Assembly (NCBI GenBank): GCA_013696835.1
Contig: JACCXV010000125.1
Location: 1 to 30,019, forward strand
DNA: 30,019 nt
Origin: Gemmatimonadota bacterium
Lineage (GTDB): Bacteria; Gemmatimonadota; Gemmatimonadetes; JACCXV01
Reading direction: 5' to 3'
Shown here: positions 9,521-21,068 of the stretch, in pieces
How the letters are laid out: each line of letters starts with the position of its first letter
Position numbering within the stretch: position 1 is the stretch's first letter
Notes under the pieces: generated by a model
What the model was told of the DNA's origin: nothing
The model's database searches: none
The model's input: only the letters and a program-made list of their open reading frames with translations
Program-made: the position numbers and the translations under genes

Positions 9521-11004
9521 ATGACATTCGTTCGAGCCATCGCTTCTGCGGGCGTCGGAGCCATGCTCGTGGCCGCCCCCCTGACGGCCCAGATCAGCCT
9601 GGAGCCGATCGGCACCTACGCGACGGGAATCTTCGACGAGGGCGCCGCCGAGATCGCGGCCTACGACCCCGAAACGCAGCGCCTGTTCGTGATCAATGGC
9701 GGGACGGCCTCGCTGGACGTGATCGACATCCGCCTTCCCAGCCTGCCGCGACTGGCGTTCTCGATCGATCTCACGCCCTACGGCGGCGGCGGCACCAGCG
9801 TCGACGTGTACAAGGGCCTGGTGGCGGTCGCCGTCCCGGCCGCGGACGAGACGCGGCCTGGATCCGTCGTGTTCTTCGGTCCCTACGGGCGCTTCCGGGG
9901 CTCCGTGCAGGTGGGGGCGCTGCCCGACATGCTGACCTTCACGCCCGACGGGTCGCGCGTGCTCGTGGCCAACGAGGGCCAGCCGAACGACGACTACACG
10001 GTCGATCCGGAAGGGTCCGTGAGCATCATCGACCTGACGAAGGGCCGCGGAAAGGGAATCATCACGCAGGCGATGGTGACCCACGCGACGTTCACGCACT
10101 TCAATGACGACGAGCTCGATCCGCGGATCCGGATCTTCGGCCCAGGCGCAACGGTTGCCCAGGACCTGGAGCCCGAGTACATCGCCGTTTCGCAGGACGG
10201 CAGGCTGGCGTGGGTGACGCTCCAGCAGAACAACGCTCTCGGGATCCTCGACGTGAACGATGCCTCATTCCGCGAGCTCATCCCGCTGGGAGTCAAGGAT
10301 CACGACCTTCCCGAGAACGCGCTGGACGCCAGCGACGAGGACGGCCGCATCCAGATCCTGAACCGCCCCGTGCGGGGGCTGTACCAGCCCGACGCCATCG
10401 CGGCGTATCGCTCCGCTGGGGCGATCTACCTGGTGACCGCGAACGAGGGGGACAGCCGTGACTACGAGGGGTTCTCGGAGGAGGAGCGCGTGGCGGACCT
10501 GACGCTCGACCCGACGGCCTTTCCCGACGCGGAGGCGCTCCAGCAGGAGGCGGCGCTCGGCCGGCTACGGGTGACCAGCGCCGACGGCGACACCGACGGC
10601 GACGGCGACTTCGACGAGCTGTTCGCCTTCGGTGGCCGCTCGTTCTCGATTAGGGACGCCGCGGGACGGCTCGTGTTCGACAGCGGGGACGACCTCGAGC
10701 GGATCACGGCGGAAGAGCTGCCGGCGGAGTTCAACTCCAGCAACGACGAGAACGGCAGCTTCGACAGCCGCAGCGACGACAAGGGGCCGGAGCCCGAGGG
10801 AGTCGTCCTGGGCAGGCTGTCGGACCGGACCGCGACTTCGCGGGGGACGCCGAGGCTGGCACGGCCGGGGACCTGGGACCTGAGGGGCTGCTCTTCATCC
10901 CACGCGCGCAGAGCCCGACCGGCGAGCCGCTGCTCGTGGTGGCCAACGAGGTGAGCGGGACGACCACGATCTACCGCATCGTGGAGGGCGCGCCCGCGCT
11001 CTGA
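9521..11004 (+). pseudogene. Secreted choice-of-anchor I family beta-propeller protein (alkaline-phosphatase-associated family) with an internal deletion and frameshift near 10831
   Basis: Signal peptide MTFVRAIASAGVGAMLVAAPLTA-Q. Family motifs [54 protein letters not shown]. The conserved end [24 protein letters not shown]...[15 protein letters not shown] reads in a different frame (10831..11004). Confidence 0.8.
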
Positions 11005-11029
11005 CGAACGCCCGCCACCAGCGCGCCGA

Positions 11030-11059
11030 GAGGGGCGGTTCCGCGAGGGGCCGCCCCTC
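11030..11059 (+). terminator. GC-rich hairpin after the choice-of-anchor I gene (terminator-like, no U-tract)
   Basis: GAGGGGCGG-TTCC-GCGA-GGGG-CCGCCCCTC: 9 Watson-Crick pairs plus 4 pairs including G-U, closed by a GNRA tetraloop. Confidence 0.45.
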
Positions 11060-11234
11060 GTGCGCATGCCGCCTTCTCTGGGGTCGCAACGCGTCCCGCT
11101 GCTACTTTCCAGGGCTCACCGGCGGTAGATTGCAAGGTTCCTCTCCGGCCGTGACCCTCGTGGGTGTCTCACGGGCCAGGGGGCCCACCACCTCCGTACG
11201 AGAGATCTCCTCCATGGCTCAAGGTCACGGATCG

Positions 11235-14096
<2,862 letters not shown>

Positions 14097-14110
14097 GGAG
14101 GCACCCATCC

Positions 14111-14530
14111 ATGCGCGCACGCCTGATCCCGATCCTGATCCTGCTGCCCGCGGTCCTGATCTCGACAGCCTGCGGCGGAGACGACCCGGACTTCCTGGCG
14201 CCGGGCGCGGGCGACTTCGTGCAGCTCGTCCAGCCTGGCGACGGCGACACGATCACGTCCGACGAGTTCGCGCGCCGCTCCGTATCCATCGTCCTCAACT
14301 TCACCATCGCCGAAGGCTTCACCTTCGCGTCGCTGCAGAGCTTCCGCTACGATGGGGACGACGTCCGCGACCGGCTCGACCGGGTGAACGAGGGGGACCC
14401 GCTCCAGCGCGTGAGCTTCTCCTTCCAGCCCGACGAGGCGGAAGAGGGCTCTCACGAGGTGCAGGTCGTGTACGCCGACACGCGCGGCACGATCCATCGC
14501 ATCCGCTGGGACTTCGAGGTCGAGGGCTGA
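14111..14530 (+). CDS. Small predicted lipoprotein (139 aa) with a single Ig-like domain, function unknown
   Basis: SD AGGAGG at 14096-14101 overlaps the uvrA stop. Signal MRARLIPILILLPAVLISTA-C followed by GGDD; beta-strand pattern ending GSHEVQVVYAD...IRWDFEVEG. Confidence 0.75.
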   Translation: MRARLIPILILLPAVLISTACGGDDPDFLAPGAGDFVQLVQPGDGDTITSDEFARRSVSIVLNFTIAEGFTFASLQSFRYDGDDVRDRLDRVNEGDPLQRVSFSFQPDEAEEGSHEVQVVYADTRGTIHRIRWDFEVEG

Positions 14531-14562
14531 GCCCGACCACCGGACCACGCTAGGCCGCGCCT

Positions 14563-15228
14563 TTGTCCATCCTGGACATCATCGGCCCGGAGATGGTCGG
14601 GCCTTCCAGCTCCCATACCGCCGGCGCGCTGCGTCTGGCGCGCGTGGCGCGCAGCCTCGTCGGTGGCACGCCTGAGCGCGCCCGCGTCGGCCTGCACGGC
14701 TCCTTCGGGAAGACCTACAAGGGGCACGGCACCGACCGCGCCGTTGCGGCGGGCCTGCTGGGCTTCGAGCCCGACGACCCGCGCATCGTCGCCGCGCTGC
14801 ACCTCGCCGGCAAGGAAGGGCTCGAGCTCCACTTCGAGGAAGCGAACCTCGGGGAGAAGATGCACCCGAACACCCTGCGGATCGTCGCCGAGCGGAGCGG
14901 CGAAGAGGCCGAGCTACTGGGGTCCTCCGTCGGCGGCGGCTTCATCGAGGTGTCCCGGATCGACGGCTACCCGGTGCTGCTGCACGGCGAATACCACACG
15001 CTGATGGTCGTCGCAGACGACATCCCCGGGACCGTGGCGGCCGTGACGCAGCTCTTCGCCGAACGGTCGGTGAACCTGGCCTACATGGAGGTGCGGCGAA
15101 AGCGGAAGGGAGAGCGGGCACTGATGATTCTGCAGTTCGATCAGCCGCTCGATGCGACGGCCCTGGCCGAGATCCGCGCCTTCCCCTGGCTGCACAGCGC
15201 GAGACCGATCCCCAAGCTGGTCCAGTAG
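14563..15228 (+). CDS. sdaAB: L-serine dehydratase, iron-sulfur-dependent, beta subunit with C-terminal ACT-like domain
   Basis: TTG start; DIIGP.MVGPSSSHTAG, LHGSFGKTYKGHGTD, HPNT, G.SVGGG motifs; C-terminal D.PG.VA.VT ACT-like region. Confidence 0.92.
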   Translation: MSILDIIGPEMVGPSSSHTAGALRLARVARSLVGGTPERARVGLHGSFGKTYKGHGTDRAVAAGLLGFEPDDPRIVAALHLAGKEGLELHFEEANLGEKMHPNTLRIVAERSGEEAELLGSSVGGGFIEVSRIDGYPVLLHGEYHTLMVVADDIPGTVAAVTQLFAERSVNLAYMEVRRKRKGERALMILQFDQPLDATALAEIRAFPWLHSARPIPKLVQ

Positions 15229-15352
15229 GGGTCGCCGGGCGGGCGGCCGAGCGCAGGCCGACGGCTTCCCGCGGGATGGGATTACCTTCCATTCCCCCTG
15301 GAACGACATTCCCGCTGAACCAACCCGAAGCGCCACCACCGGAGCACGCCCC

Positions 15353-16261
15353 ATGTTCGGATCGATGGCTGAAATGGTCCAGCGCGCACGGGACGCGGGA
15401 ACGAGCTGCTGGCGCGTGGTCCTCGACGAGGACCTTTCCCAGATCACCCTCGGCGAGGACGAGGTCCTCGGCACCCTCCGCTCGCGGCTTGCCACGATGC
15501 GCGAGGCGGTGGCCCTTGGCCTGGAGGGGAAGACGACCTCGCTCTCGGGGCTCTCGGGAGGGGGAGCGCACCGCTTCCGCGACTGGAGCCGCGGCGCAGG
15601 CGGCGGCGGGGAAGGCGGCGAACGTGGGCCGCTGTCCGGACCCTTCTGCGCGCCCATGATCGCACGCGCGCTCGCCACTATGGAGATCAACGCCGCGATG
15701 GGGCGCATCGTCGCGTCGCCGACCGCCGGGAGCGCGGGCATCCTGCCGGCCATCTTCCTCACGCTGGAGGAGGTGCGGGGCATCGACGAGGAGACCCTGC
15801 TGCGCGGTCTGATCACCGCCGGCGGCATCGGGGGCGTGTTCCGCGCGCGGGCGAGCCTCTCCGGTGCCGAAGGCGGGTGTCAGGCGGAGACCGGCTCCGC
15901 GGCCGCCATGGCAGCCGGGGCCGTCGTCGAGATGCTCGGCGGCGCGCCCGCGATGGTGTCCGAGGCCGTCTCGTTCACGATCCAGGGCATGCTGGGTCTG
16001 ATCTGCGACCCGCTGGGAGGGCTCGTCGAGATCCCCTGCATCACGCGCAACGTGAGCGCGGCCATGCAGGCCGTCGCGGCTGCCGATATGGCGCTGGCCG
16101 GCCTCACCTTCCCCATCCCGGCCGACGAGGTGCTGGACGTGATGGGCGAGATCGGGCGCGAGCTGCCGGAGCGGTATCGGGAGACGGGGCTCGGGGGCCT
16201 GGCCGCGACTCCCACGGGGCAGCTCCTCAAGATCCAGGTCATGGGAGGGGAGCTCGCATGA
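15353..16261 (+). CDS. sdaAA: L-serine dehydratase, iron-sulfur-dependent, alpha subunit
   Basis: GGAG at 15341-15344, then ATG 15353. Motifs IVASPTAGSAGILP, SLSGAEGGCQAE, GLICDPLGGLVEIPC..RN, YRETGLGGLA; three Fe-S cysteines. Confidence 0.92.
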   Translation: MFGSMAEMVQRARDAGTSCWRVVLDEDLSQITLGEDEVLGTLRSRLATMREAVALGLEGKTTSLSGLSGGGAHRFRDWSRGAGGGGEGGERGPLSGPFCAPMIARALATMEINAAMGRIVASPTAGSAGILPAIFLTLEEVRGIDEETLLRGLITAGGIGGVFRARASLSGAEGGCQAETGSAAAMAAGAVVEMLGGAPAMVSEAVSFTIQGMLGLICDPLGGLVEIPCITRNVSAAMQAVAAADMALAGLTFPIPADEVLDVMGEIGRELPERYRETGLGGLAATPTGQLLKIQVMGGELA

Positions 16262-16317
16262 CCGGCGCTCCGGCCCCATGACCGGCGCTCCGGCCCCATG
16301 ACCGGCGCCCCCGCTCC
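16258..16317 (+). repeat. 20-bp tandem repeat x3 (two identical units plus one 17/20 unit), each starting ATGA; creates two 7-codon mini-ORFs (16258-16281, 16278-16301)
   Basis: ATGACCGGCGCTCCGGCCCC at 16258 and 16278; ATGACCGGCGCCCCCGCTCC at 16298. Confidence 0.95.
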
Positions 16318-17476
16318 CTGCCCGGAGGCGAGGCCTGCCGTGGAGCCGCGCTCGGAAGCCCGCGAGCTGGTCCTCCGCAGCTGCGAAGAGCCGAGACGGC
16401 GGATGCTCATCCTCGCGGACGGCCGCTTCAGCGTCCTCGACGCCAAGACCGCCACCTGCGTGATCCGCTATCGCGGGGAGGAGGTGGTCGCCGTCCTCGA
16501 CCGGCAGACGGCGGGCCGCACGGCCGGGGAGGTGGTCGGCGTGGGTGGCTCGATCCCGGTGGTCGGCACGCTCGACGAGGGACTCGCGCTAGCTCCCGAC
16601 ATGCTTCTCGTCGGCGTGGCACCGCGTGGCGGGCGGCTGCCGGAGGCGTGGCGGGAGATGATCCTGGGAGCGCTGGCGCGCGGGCTCGAGGTGGTGAGCG
16701 GCCTCCACACGTTCATCGGCGACGACGCGGAGCTGGCCCAGGCGGCCGCTGCGGGAGGCGGCACGATCCGCGATCTGCGGCGCGTTCCCGACGACCTGCC
16801 GGTTGCGTCGGGACTGGCCGCGGATGTGGGCGCGACGGTGGTGCTCACGGTTGGCAGCGACTGCAACGTGGGGAAGATGACCGCCGCGATGGAGGTCGTG
16901 CTGGCGGCGCGCAGACGGGGGCGCCGGGCGGCGTTCGCGCCCACCGGCCAGACGGGGCTGCTGCTCGGCGGCTGGGGCCTCGCCGTGGATCGCGTGATCG
17001 CCGACTTCGTCGCTGGCGCCGCCGAGCGCATCGTCCTGCGCAACGCGCCGGGGGCGGAGCTGGTGGTGGTCGAGGGCCAGGGCTCCATCTTCCATCCGGG
17101 CTATTCGGGCGTGACCCTGGGACTGCTGCACGGTTCGATGCCCGACGCGCTGATCCTCGTCCATCAGCCCACGCGCGAGCGCTCGCTGAACGACGGCGTG
17201 CCGATCCCCCGCCTGCCCGAGCTCGTGCGGGCGTACGAGGCGCTCGCCGCACCGCTCAAGCCCGCCCGCGTCGTCGCGATCGCGATCAACGGCTACGACC
17301 TGGCTGACGCCGCGGCCCGGGACTGGGCGCGGCGGGCCGAGGACGAGACCGGGCTACCCGCCGTCGATCCCGTGCGCTTCGGGGCAGAGGCCCTGCTCGA
17401 GCCCCTCGTGGCTCTGCGCAAGGGGACTCCCACGTGGACTCCTTTCGCTCCCGGCCACAACGGCGGGCAGCCGTGA
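16298..17476 (+). CDS. DUF1611 family protein (DgcN-like, putative D-amino acid N-acetyltransferase)
   Basis: MLILADG, KTA..VIRY, VGVAPRGG.LP..W, VVSGLH, P-loop-like GSDCNVGKMT, TGQTG, VEGQGS, GYSGVTLGLLHGSMPD. Adjacent to an enolase-family epimerase, as is usual for this family. Confidence 0.85.
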   Translation: MTGAPAPCPEARPAVEPRSEARELVLRSCEEPRRRMLILADGRFSVLDAKTATCVIRYRGEEVVAVLDRQTAGRTAGEVVGVGGSIPVVGTLDEGLALAPDMLLVGVAPRGGRLPEAWREMILGALARGLEVVSGLHTFIGDDAELAQAAAAGGGTIRDLRRVPDDLPVASGLAADVGATVVLTVGSDCNVGKMTAAMEVVLAARRRGRRAAFAPTGQTGLLLGGWGLAVDRVIADFVAGAAERIVLRNAPGAELVVVEGQGSIFHPGYSGVTLGLLHGSMPDALILVHQPTRERSLNDGVPIPRLPELVRAYEALAAPLKPARVVAIAINGYDLADAAARDWARRAEDETGLPAVDPVRFGAEALLEPLVALRKGTPTWTPFAPGHNGGQP

Positions 17477-17513
17477 GTCGGGGCGCACCCGCCGGGGCGC
17501 AGGCGGTGAAACC

Positions 17514-18599
17514 ATGAAGCTGCGCGTGGTCCCCTTCCGGATCCATCCCCGCCATGCCTTCACGATCGCCCGTTCGAGCCACACGTGGTACGACAACGTG
17601 CGCGTCGAGGTGGAGGAGGAGGGGATCACCGGCTTCGGCGAGGCCGCGCCATCCGCCTTCTACGGTGAGACGCAGGGGACGGTGCTCGCGGCGCTGGAGG
17701 CCCTGCGCCCCGCCATCGAGGAGGGACACCCTGACGAGGTGCGCGCGCTGGAGGGGGCGCTCGAGCGGCGCCTCGGGGGCAACGGCGCCGCTCGCTCCGC
17801 GGTCTCCGCCGCCTGCCACGACTGGCGCGGGAAGCGCTACGGAGCCCCCCTCCACCGCCTGCTCGGGGCGGGGATCGCGACCATTCCTCCCACGTCGTTC
17901 ACGATCGCCATCGCCGCCCCCGCCGAGATGGCGGCGCGCGTAGCGGAGGCCGGGGAGTTCCGCCGGCTCAAGGTGAAGATGGGCTTCGAGGGTGACGAGG
18001 AGGCGATCCGGCGCATCGCCCAGGTGTCGGACGTCCCGTTGCGCGTCGATGCGAACGCCGGCTGGACGCGAAGCTCCGCCCTGCGGAAGCTGGACCTGCT
18101 GGAGGAGCTCGGGGTCGAGCTCGTCGAGCAGCCTCTGCCCGCGGCTGACCTGGAGGGCCTCGCCGCGCTGCGCGACGCCTCGAGCATCCCCGTCATCGCC
18201 GACGAGTCCTGCGTCACCGCCCGTGACCTGGCCCGCCTCGCGGGCGTGGTGGACGGCGTCAACGTGAAGCTCGCCAAGGCCGGATCGATCGGGGAGGCGC
18301 TGCGGATCATCGAGGGAGCGCGCGCTCTCGGCATGCTCGTCATGCTGGGATGCATGATCGAGTCCACGCTGGGAATCTCCGCGGCGGCGCATCTCTCGCC
18401 GCTGGTGGATTACGTGGACCTGGACGGGCACCTGCTTATCGGCGACGATCCGTTCACTGGCTTGCGCCTGGTGGACGGCTGCGTGCTGCCGTCGGGGGAG
18501 CCGGGCCTCGGCGTTCGTCCCGCGGACAGCCGCGAAGACGGCGGCGGCGGCGAGGATATCCATGTCGAGGAAGCCGGAAAGGAGCGAGGCAGACCATGA
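17514..18599 (+). CDS. Dipeptide epimerase / racemase, enolase superfamily (L-Ala-D/L-Glu epimerase- or DgcA-like)
   Basis: G.GEAAP, KVK catalytic motif, metal ligands in VDANAGW / VEQP / IADES, VNVKLAKAG, GCMIES, terminal DLDG motif. Confidence 0.88.
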   Translation: MKLRVVPFRIHPRHAFTIARSSHTWYDNVRVEVEEEGITGFGEAAPSAFYGETQGTVLAALEALRPAIEEGHPDEVRALEGALERRLGGNGAARSAVSAACHDWRGKRYGAPLHRLLGAGIATIPPTSFTIAIAAPAEMAARVAEAGEFRRLKVKMGFEGDEEAIRRIAQVSDVPLRVDANAGWTRSSALRKLDLLEELGVELVEQPLPAADLEGLAALRDASSIPVIADESCVTARDLARLAGVVDGVNVKLAKAGSIGEALRIIEGARALGMLVMLGCMIESTLGISAAAHLSPLVDYVDLDGHLLIGDDPFTGLRLVDGCVLPSGEPGLGVRPADSREDGGGGEDIHVEEAGKERGRP

Positions 18600-20773
18600 A
18601 GCTCGACGTCGGGGCGCGGAGGATGTCTTCCCGCGTGACGGGGATGCTGCTGGCGGCGGCGCTCGCGTGCGCCGGGGATCCGCCCGTGGGACCGGGGAAT
18701 TCCGCGGGCCCGCTGGCACCAGGGTCAATCGCCGGCCGAGTGCGTGACGCCGGGGGAGCTGCGCTCGCGGGGGTTCGCGTGACGGCCGGCACGCCATCCC
18801 CAGTGGCATCCGCCGTGACCGACCGCGAGGGCCGCTTCACGCTCGGCGACCTGCAGCCCGGCGCGTACGTGGTGGCCGCCGTGGCCGACGGCTACGGCCC
18901 GGTCTCCTCGTCGGTGGTCGTGACGGCGGGCTCCGCCTCGGCGGTGGACCTCGCCCTCGCGTCCCTGACGGACGAGCCTGGTCCGCAGGCCGGCTCCGTG
19001 GCGGGCCGGGTACTCCGCGCCGACGGTGCACTCGTGGGTGGAGGCATCGAGGTGCGGGTTCGCGCGGCTGCGGAGGGGTGCGACGCCGAAGCTGGTATCG
19101 CGACAGGCGCGACGGATGCGCTCGGACGCTGGGGGGCGCGAGGGCTTCCGCCCGGTGATTACGTGGCCTGCGCCCGGGCGTCGGTGGGCGGGAGGTCCTT
19201 CTCCGGCAGCTCGGCGTTCACCCTCGGGGCAGGCTCCTCGGTGGAGGCGGACGTCCTGTTGCGGCAGCAGGTCTCTGCGCCGTCCGCGCTCGAAGGAGGC
19301 GGGGCCGGTGTGGTCGCGCTGGGCGACGTCTTCCCCTACACGTTCACGATCGTGAGCGACGGCGAGGGCGGTTCGCACGAGGTCATCGTGACCGACACCC
19401 TGCCGCTCCTAGACGACCCGGCGGGACCGCCGGGTCCGCGGGACCGCGACGGCAACCAGGCGTTCCGCTACGTCACCGACAAGCCGACCTTCGATCCCGT
19501 CGCGATCCGCTACTACGTGGACGAGCGGGACGACGAGGGCGGGACGGCCACCGATCTCTGCTTTCAGGGCCCAGGGCCCTCTCTCCCCGCGCCGTTCGTG
19601 CGGCCCGCCTCCACGGCGCTGTGCGGCGCATTCCGGGAGTTCGCCACGATCGCCGAGGCTCGGACCGCCGCGGAGACGGCTTCCAGAGACGGCGATCAGA
19701 TCGTGGCCGTCGAGTACTACATCGAGGAGATCCTGGCCCGGACGCCCACGGGCGGAGACGTGGAGGCTGAGGATTCCTTCGAGGTGATCGTCGAGGCCAT
19801 TCACTCCGTCAACGAGTTCCGGCTGGATAACGGCGCGGTCCCCGCGATTGCGGACGAGAACGGCTGCTGGTGCAACCTCGTCACGGCGATCTCGGCGGAG
19901 AACGACTTTGTGGCGAAGGGTGACTGCACGCGTGTCGTCGAGGCCGTGCTGGAAGTGCGGAAGACGCTGGCCGACGCCGTCGTTCCGGCCGGCAGCCAGG
20001 CGGAGTTCCTGGTGGAGCTCGGCAACGTGGGCTCCGCGCCGCTCGGCGAGGTGACGGTGAACGACACGCTCGACCCCTCCTTCTCGAGTCCGCTCACGGG
20101 CGATCCCGGACTCGTCATGGAGGAAGGGCTCTGCGCCGGTTGCACGATCGGCTTCAGCACCGACTCGAGCGTGGTCACGATCACGATCCCCTCGGTTCCC
20201 TCAACCGATGCGGATGGCGACGGCATCCTGGATGACGACGAGGGCTTCCGGGTGGCGAACCTGGTTACCCGCACGCCCCTGCGGGCGGGGACGTTCTGCA
20301 ACCGGGTTACGGCGCGGGATGAGGCGGGCCGCACGGACTCGGACCTGGCATGCGCCGTGACACGCTCCGAGGTCGAGCTCGACGTGGTCAACGAGGACGG
20401 CCTGCTCGGCGCCGGAGGGTTCGAGGACATGGAGACGTTTCGCGTGGGGGACTCGGTGGCCTATCGGACGCTGATCACCAACCGTTCGAGCGTCGCGGCG
20501 ACCGGCCTGACCGTCCTCTGGGAGATCGCCCCCGGATCGCGGATCCTGGGCTTCGCGACGAAGTTGCTTGCCGATCCGGCGGGGATCGCGTGCTCGACCG
20601 CCAGCGACACGTGCTCGCTTGAGCTTCCGGAGCTGGGCCCGGGAGCCTCTGTCGCGCTGGACTACCTGACGGTGGCGAATGGCGTCGGATCCGACGTCAA
20701 TCGCATACGGCTCTTGGCGGCCGAACTCGGCCTTCCGCTGGTGAACGAGGAGCCGACCACGGTTACGCCCTAG
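18596..20773 (+). CDS. Predicted lipoprotein (725 aa): two carboxypeptidase-regulatory-like beta-sandwich domains plus three DUF11-like domains (short paralog)
   Basis: AAGGAG at 18579-18584; ATG overlaps the epimerase stop (ATGA). Lipobox ALA-C; GSIAGRVRD..GAAL.G..V and GRFTLGDLQPG.Y motifs; DUF11-like segments (FPYTFTI...VTDTLP; LEVRKT...NVG...V.V.DTL; GD.VAY...ITN). Confidence 0.8.
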   Translation: MKLDVGARRMSSRVTGMLLAAALACAGDPPVGPGNSAGPLAPGSIAGRVRDAGGAALAGVRVTAGTPSPVASAVTDREGRFTLGDLQPGAYVVAAVADGYGPVSSSVVVTAGSASAVDLALASLTDEPGPQAGSVAGRVLRADGALVGGGIEVRVRAAAEGCDAEAGIATGATDALGRWGARGLPPGDYVACARASVGGRSFSGSSAFTLGAGSSVEADVLLRQQVSAPSALEGGGAGVVALGDVFPYTFTIVSDGEGGSHEVIVTDTLPLLDDPAGPPGPRDRDGNQAFRYVTDKPTFDPVAIRYYVDERDDEGGTATDLCFQGPGPSLPAPFVRPASTALCGAFREFATIAEARTAAETASRDGDQIVAVEYYIEEILARTPTGGDVEAEDSFEVIVEAIHSVNEFRLDNGAVPAIADENGCWCNLVTAISAENDFVAKGDCTRVVEAVLEVRKTLADAVVPAGSQAEFLVELGNVGSAPLGEVTVNDTLDPSFSSPLTGDPGLVMEEGLCAGCTIGFSTDSSVVTITIPSVPSTDADGDGILDDDEGFRVANLVTRTPLRAGTFCNRVTARDEAGRTDSDLACAVTRSEVELDVVNEDGLLGAGGFEDMETFRVGDSVAYRTLITNRSSVAATGLTVLWEIAPGSRILGFATKLLADPAGIACSTASDTCSLELPELGPGASVALDYLTVANGVGSDVNRIRLLAAELGLPLVNEEPTTVTP

Positions 20774-20790
20774 CCGGGGATGCCCCGGCG

Positions 20791-20805
20791 TGGCCCCCTG
20801 CTTGC
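20791..20805 (+). promoter_or_regulatory. Possible sigma54 -24/-12 promoter upstream of the long DUF11 lipoprotein
   Basis: TGGCCCCCTGCTTGC has the correct GG-N10-GC spacing but lacks the ACG core and the final W; it lies ~265 nt upstream of the ATG. Confidence 0.3.
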
Positions 20806-21068
20806 CAGTAGTATGACTACCTGGGCTTCGGGCATGCGTTGCCCGACCCCTCAACAATAATCGCTGATTGGAGTTGCCCCCCACCCTCAACACGAGGGAG
20901 GGGTCCGCTCACAGTCAGAATTCTGAAGTTTCCCTCAGTTTTCTGAGGGGTCGTCGTTCTTTGACAAGGAAACGTGTCCAGCAAGGCCCTTCGAATTCCG
21001 AAGTATCGACCTGTAACCCTCAACATGACTTCCGATTGGCTGGAAACCTCAAACAGGAGTTCCACCAG

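Noticed and set aside
11060-11234. Search for an SOS/LexA box upstream of uvrA
   Set aside because: No match to the LexA motifs I know (CTGT-N8-ACAG, GAAC-N4-GTTC, GTTC-N7-GTTC); the motif for this lineage is unknown to me.
15229-15352. 124-nt gap with a small hairpin between sdaAB and sdaAA
   Set aside because: Only a short bulged stem (GGGATGG / CCATTCCC) with no recognisable riboswitch, promoter or terminator features.
16258-16317. Direct repeats as a possible CRISPR array
   Set aside because: Units are contiguous with no spacers and no cas genes are present; treated as a tandem repeat. The same applies to the 90-bp TSP3 coding repeats.
20961-20990. Perfect TTGACA as a sigma70 promoter
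   Set aside because: No recognisable -10 hexamer at 16-18 nt spacing; kept only as part of the motif-rich region.
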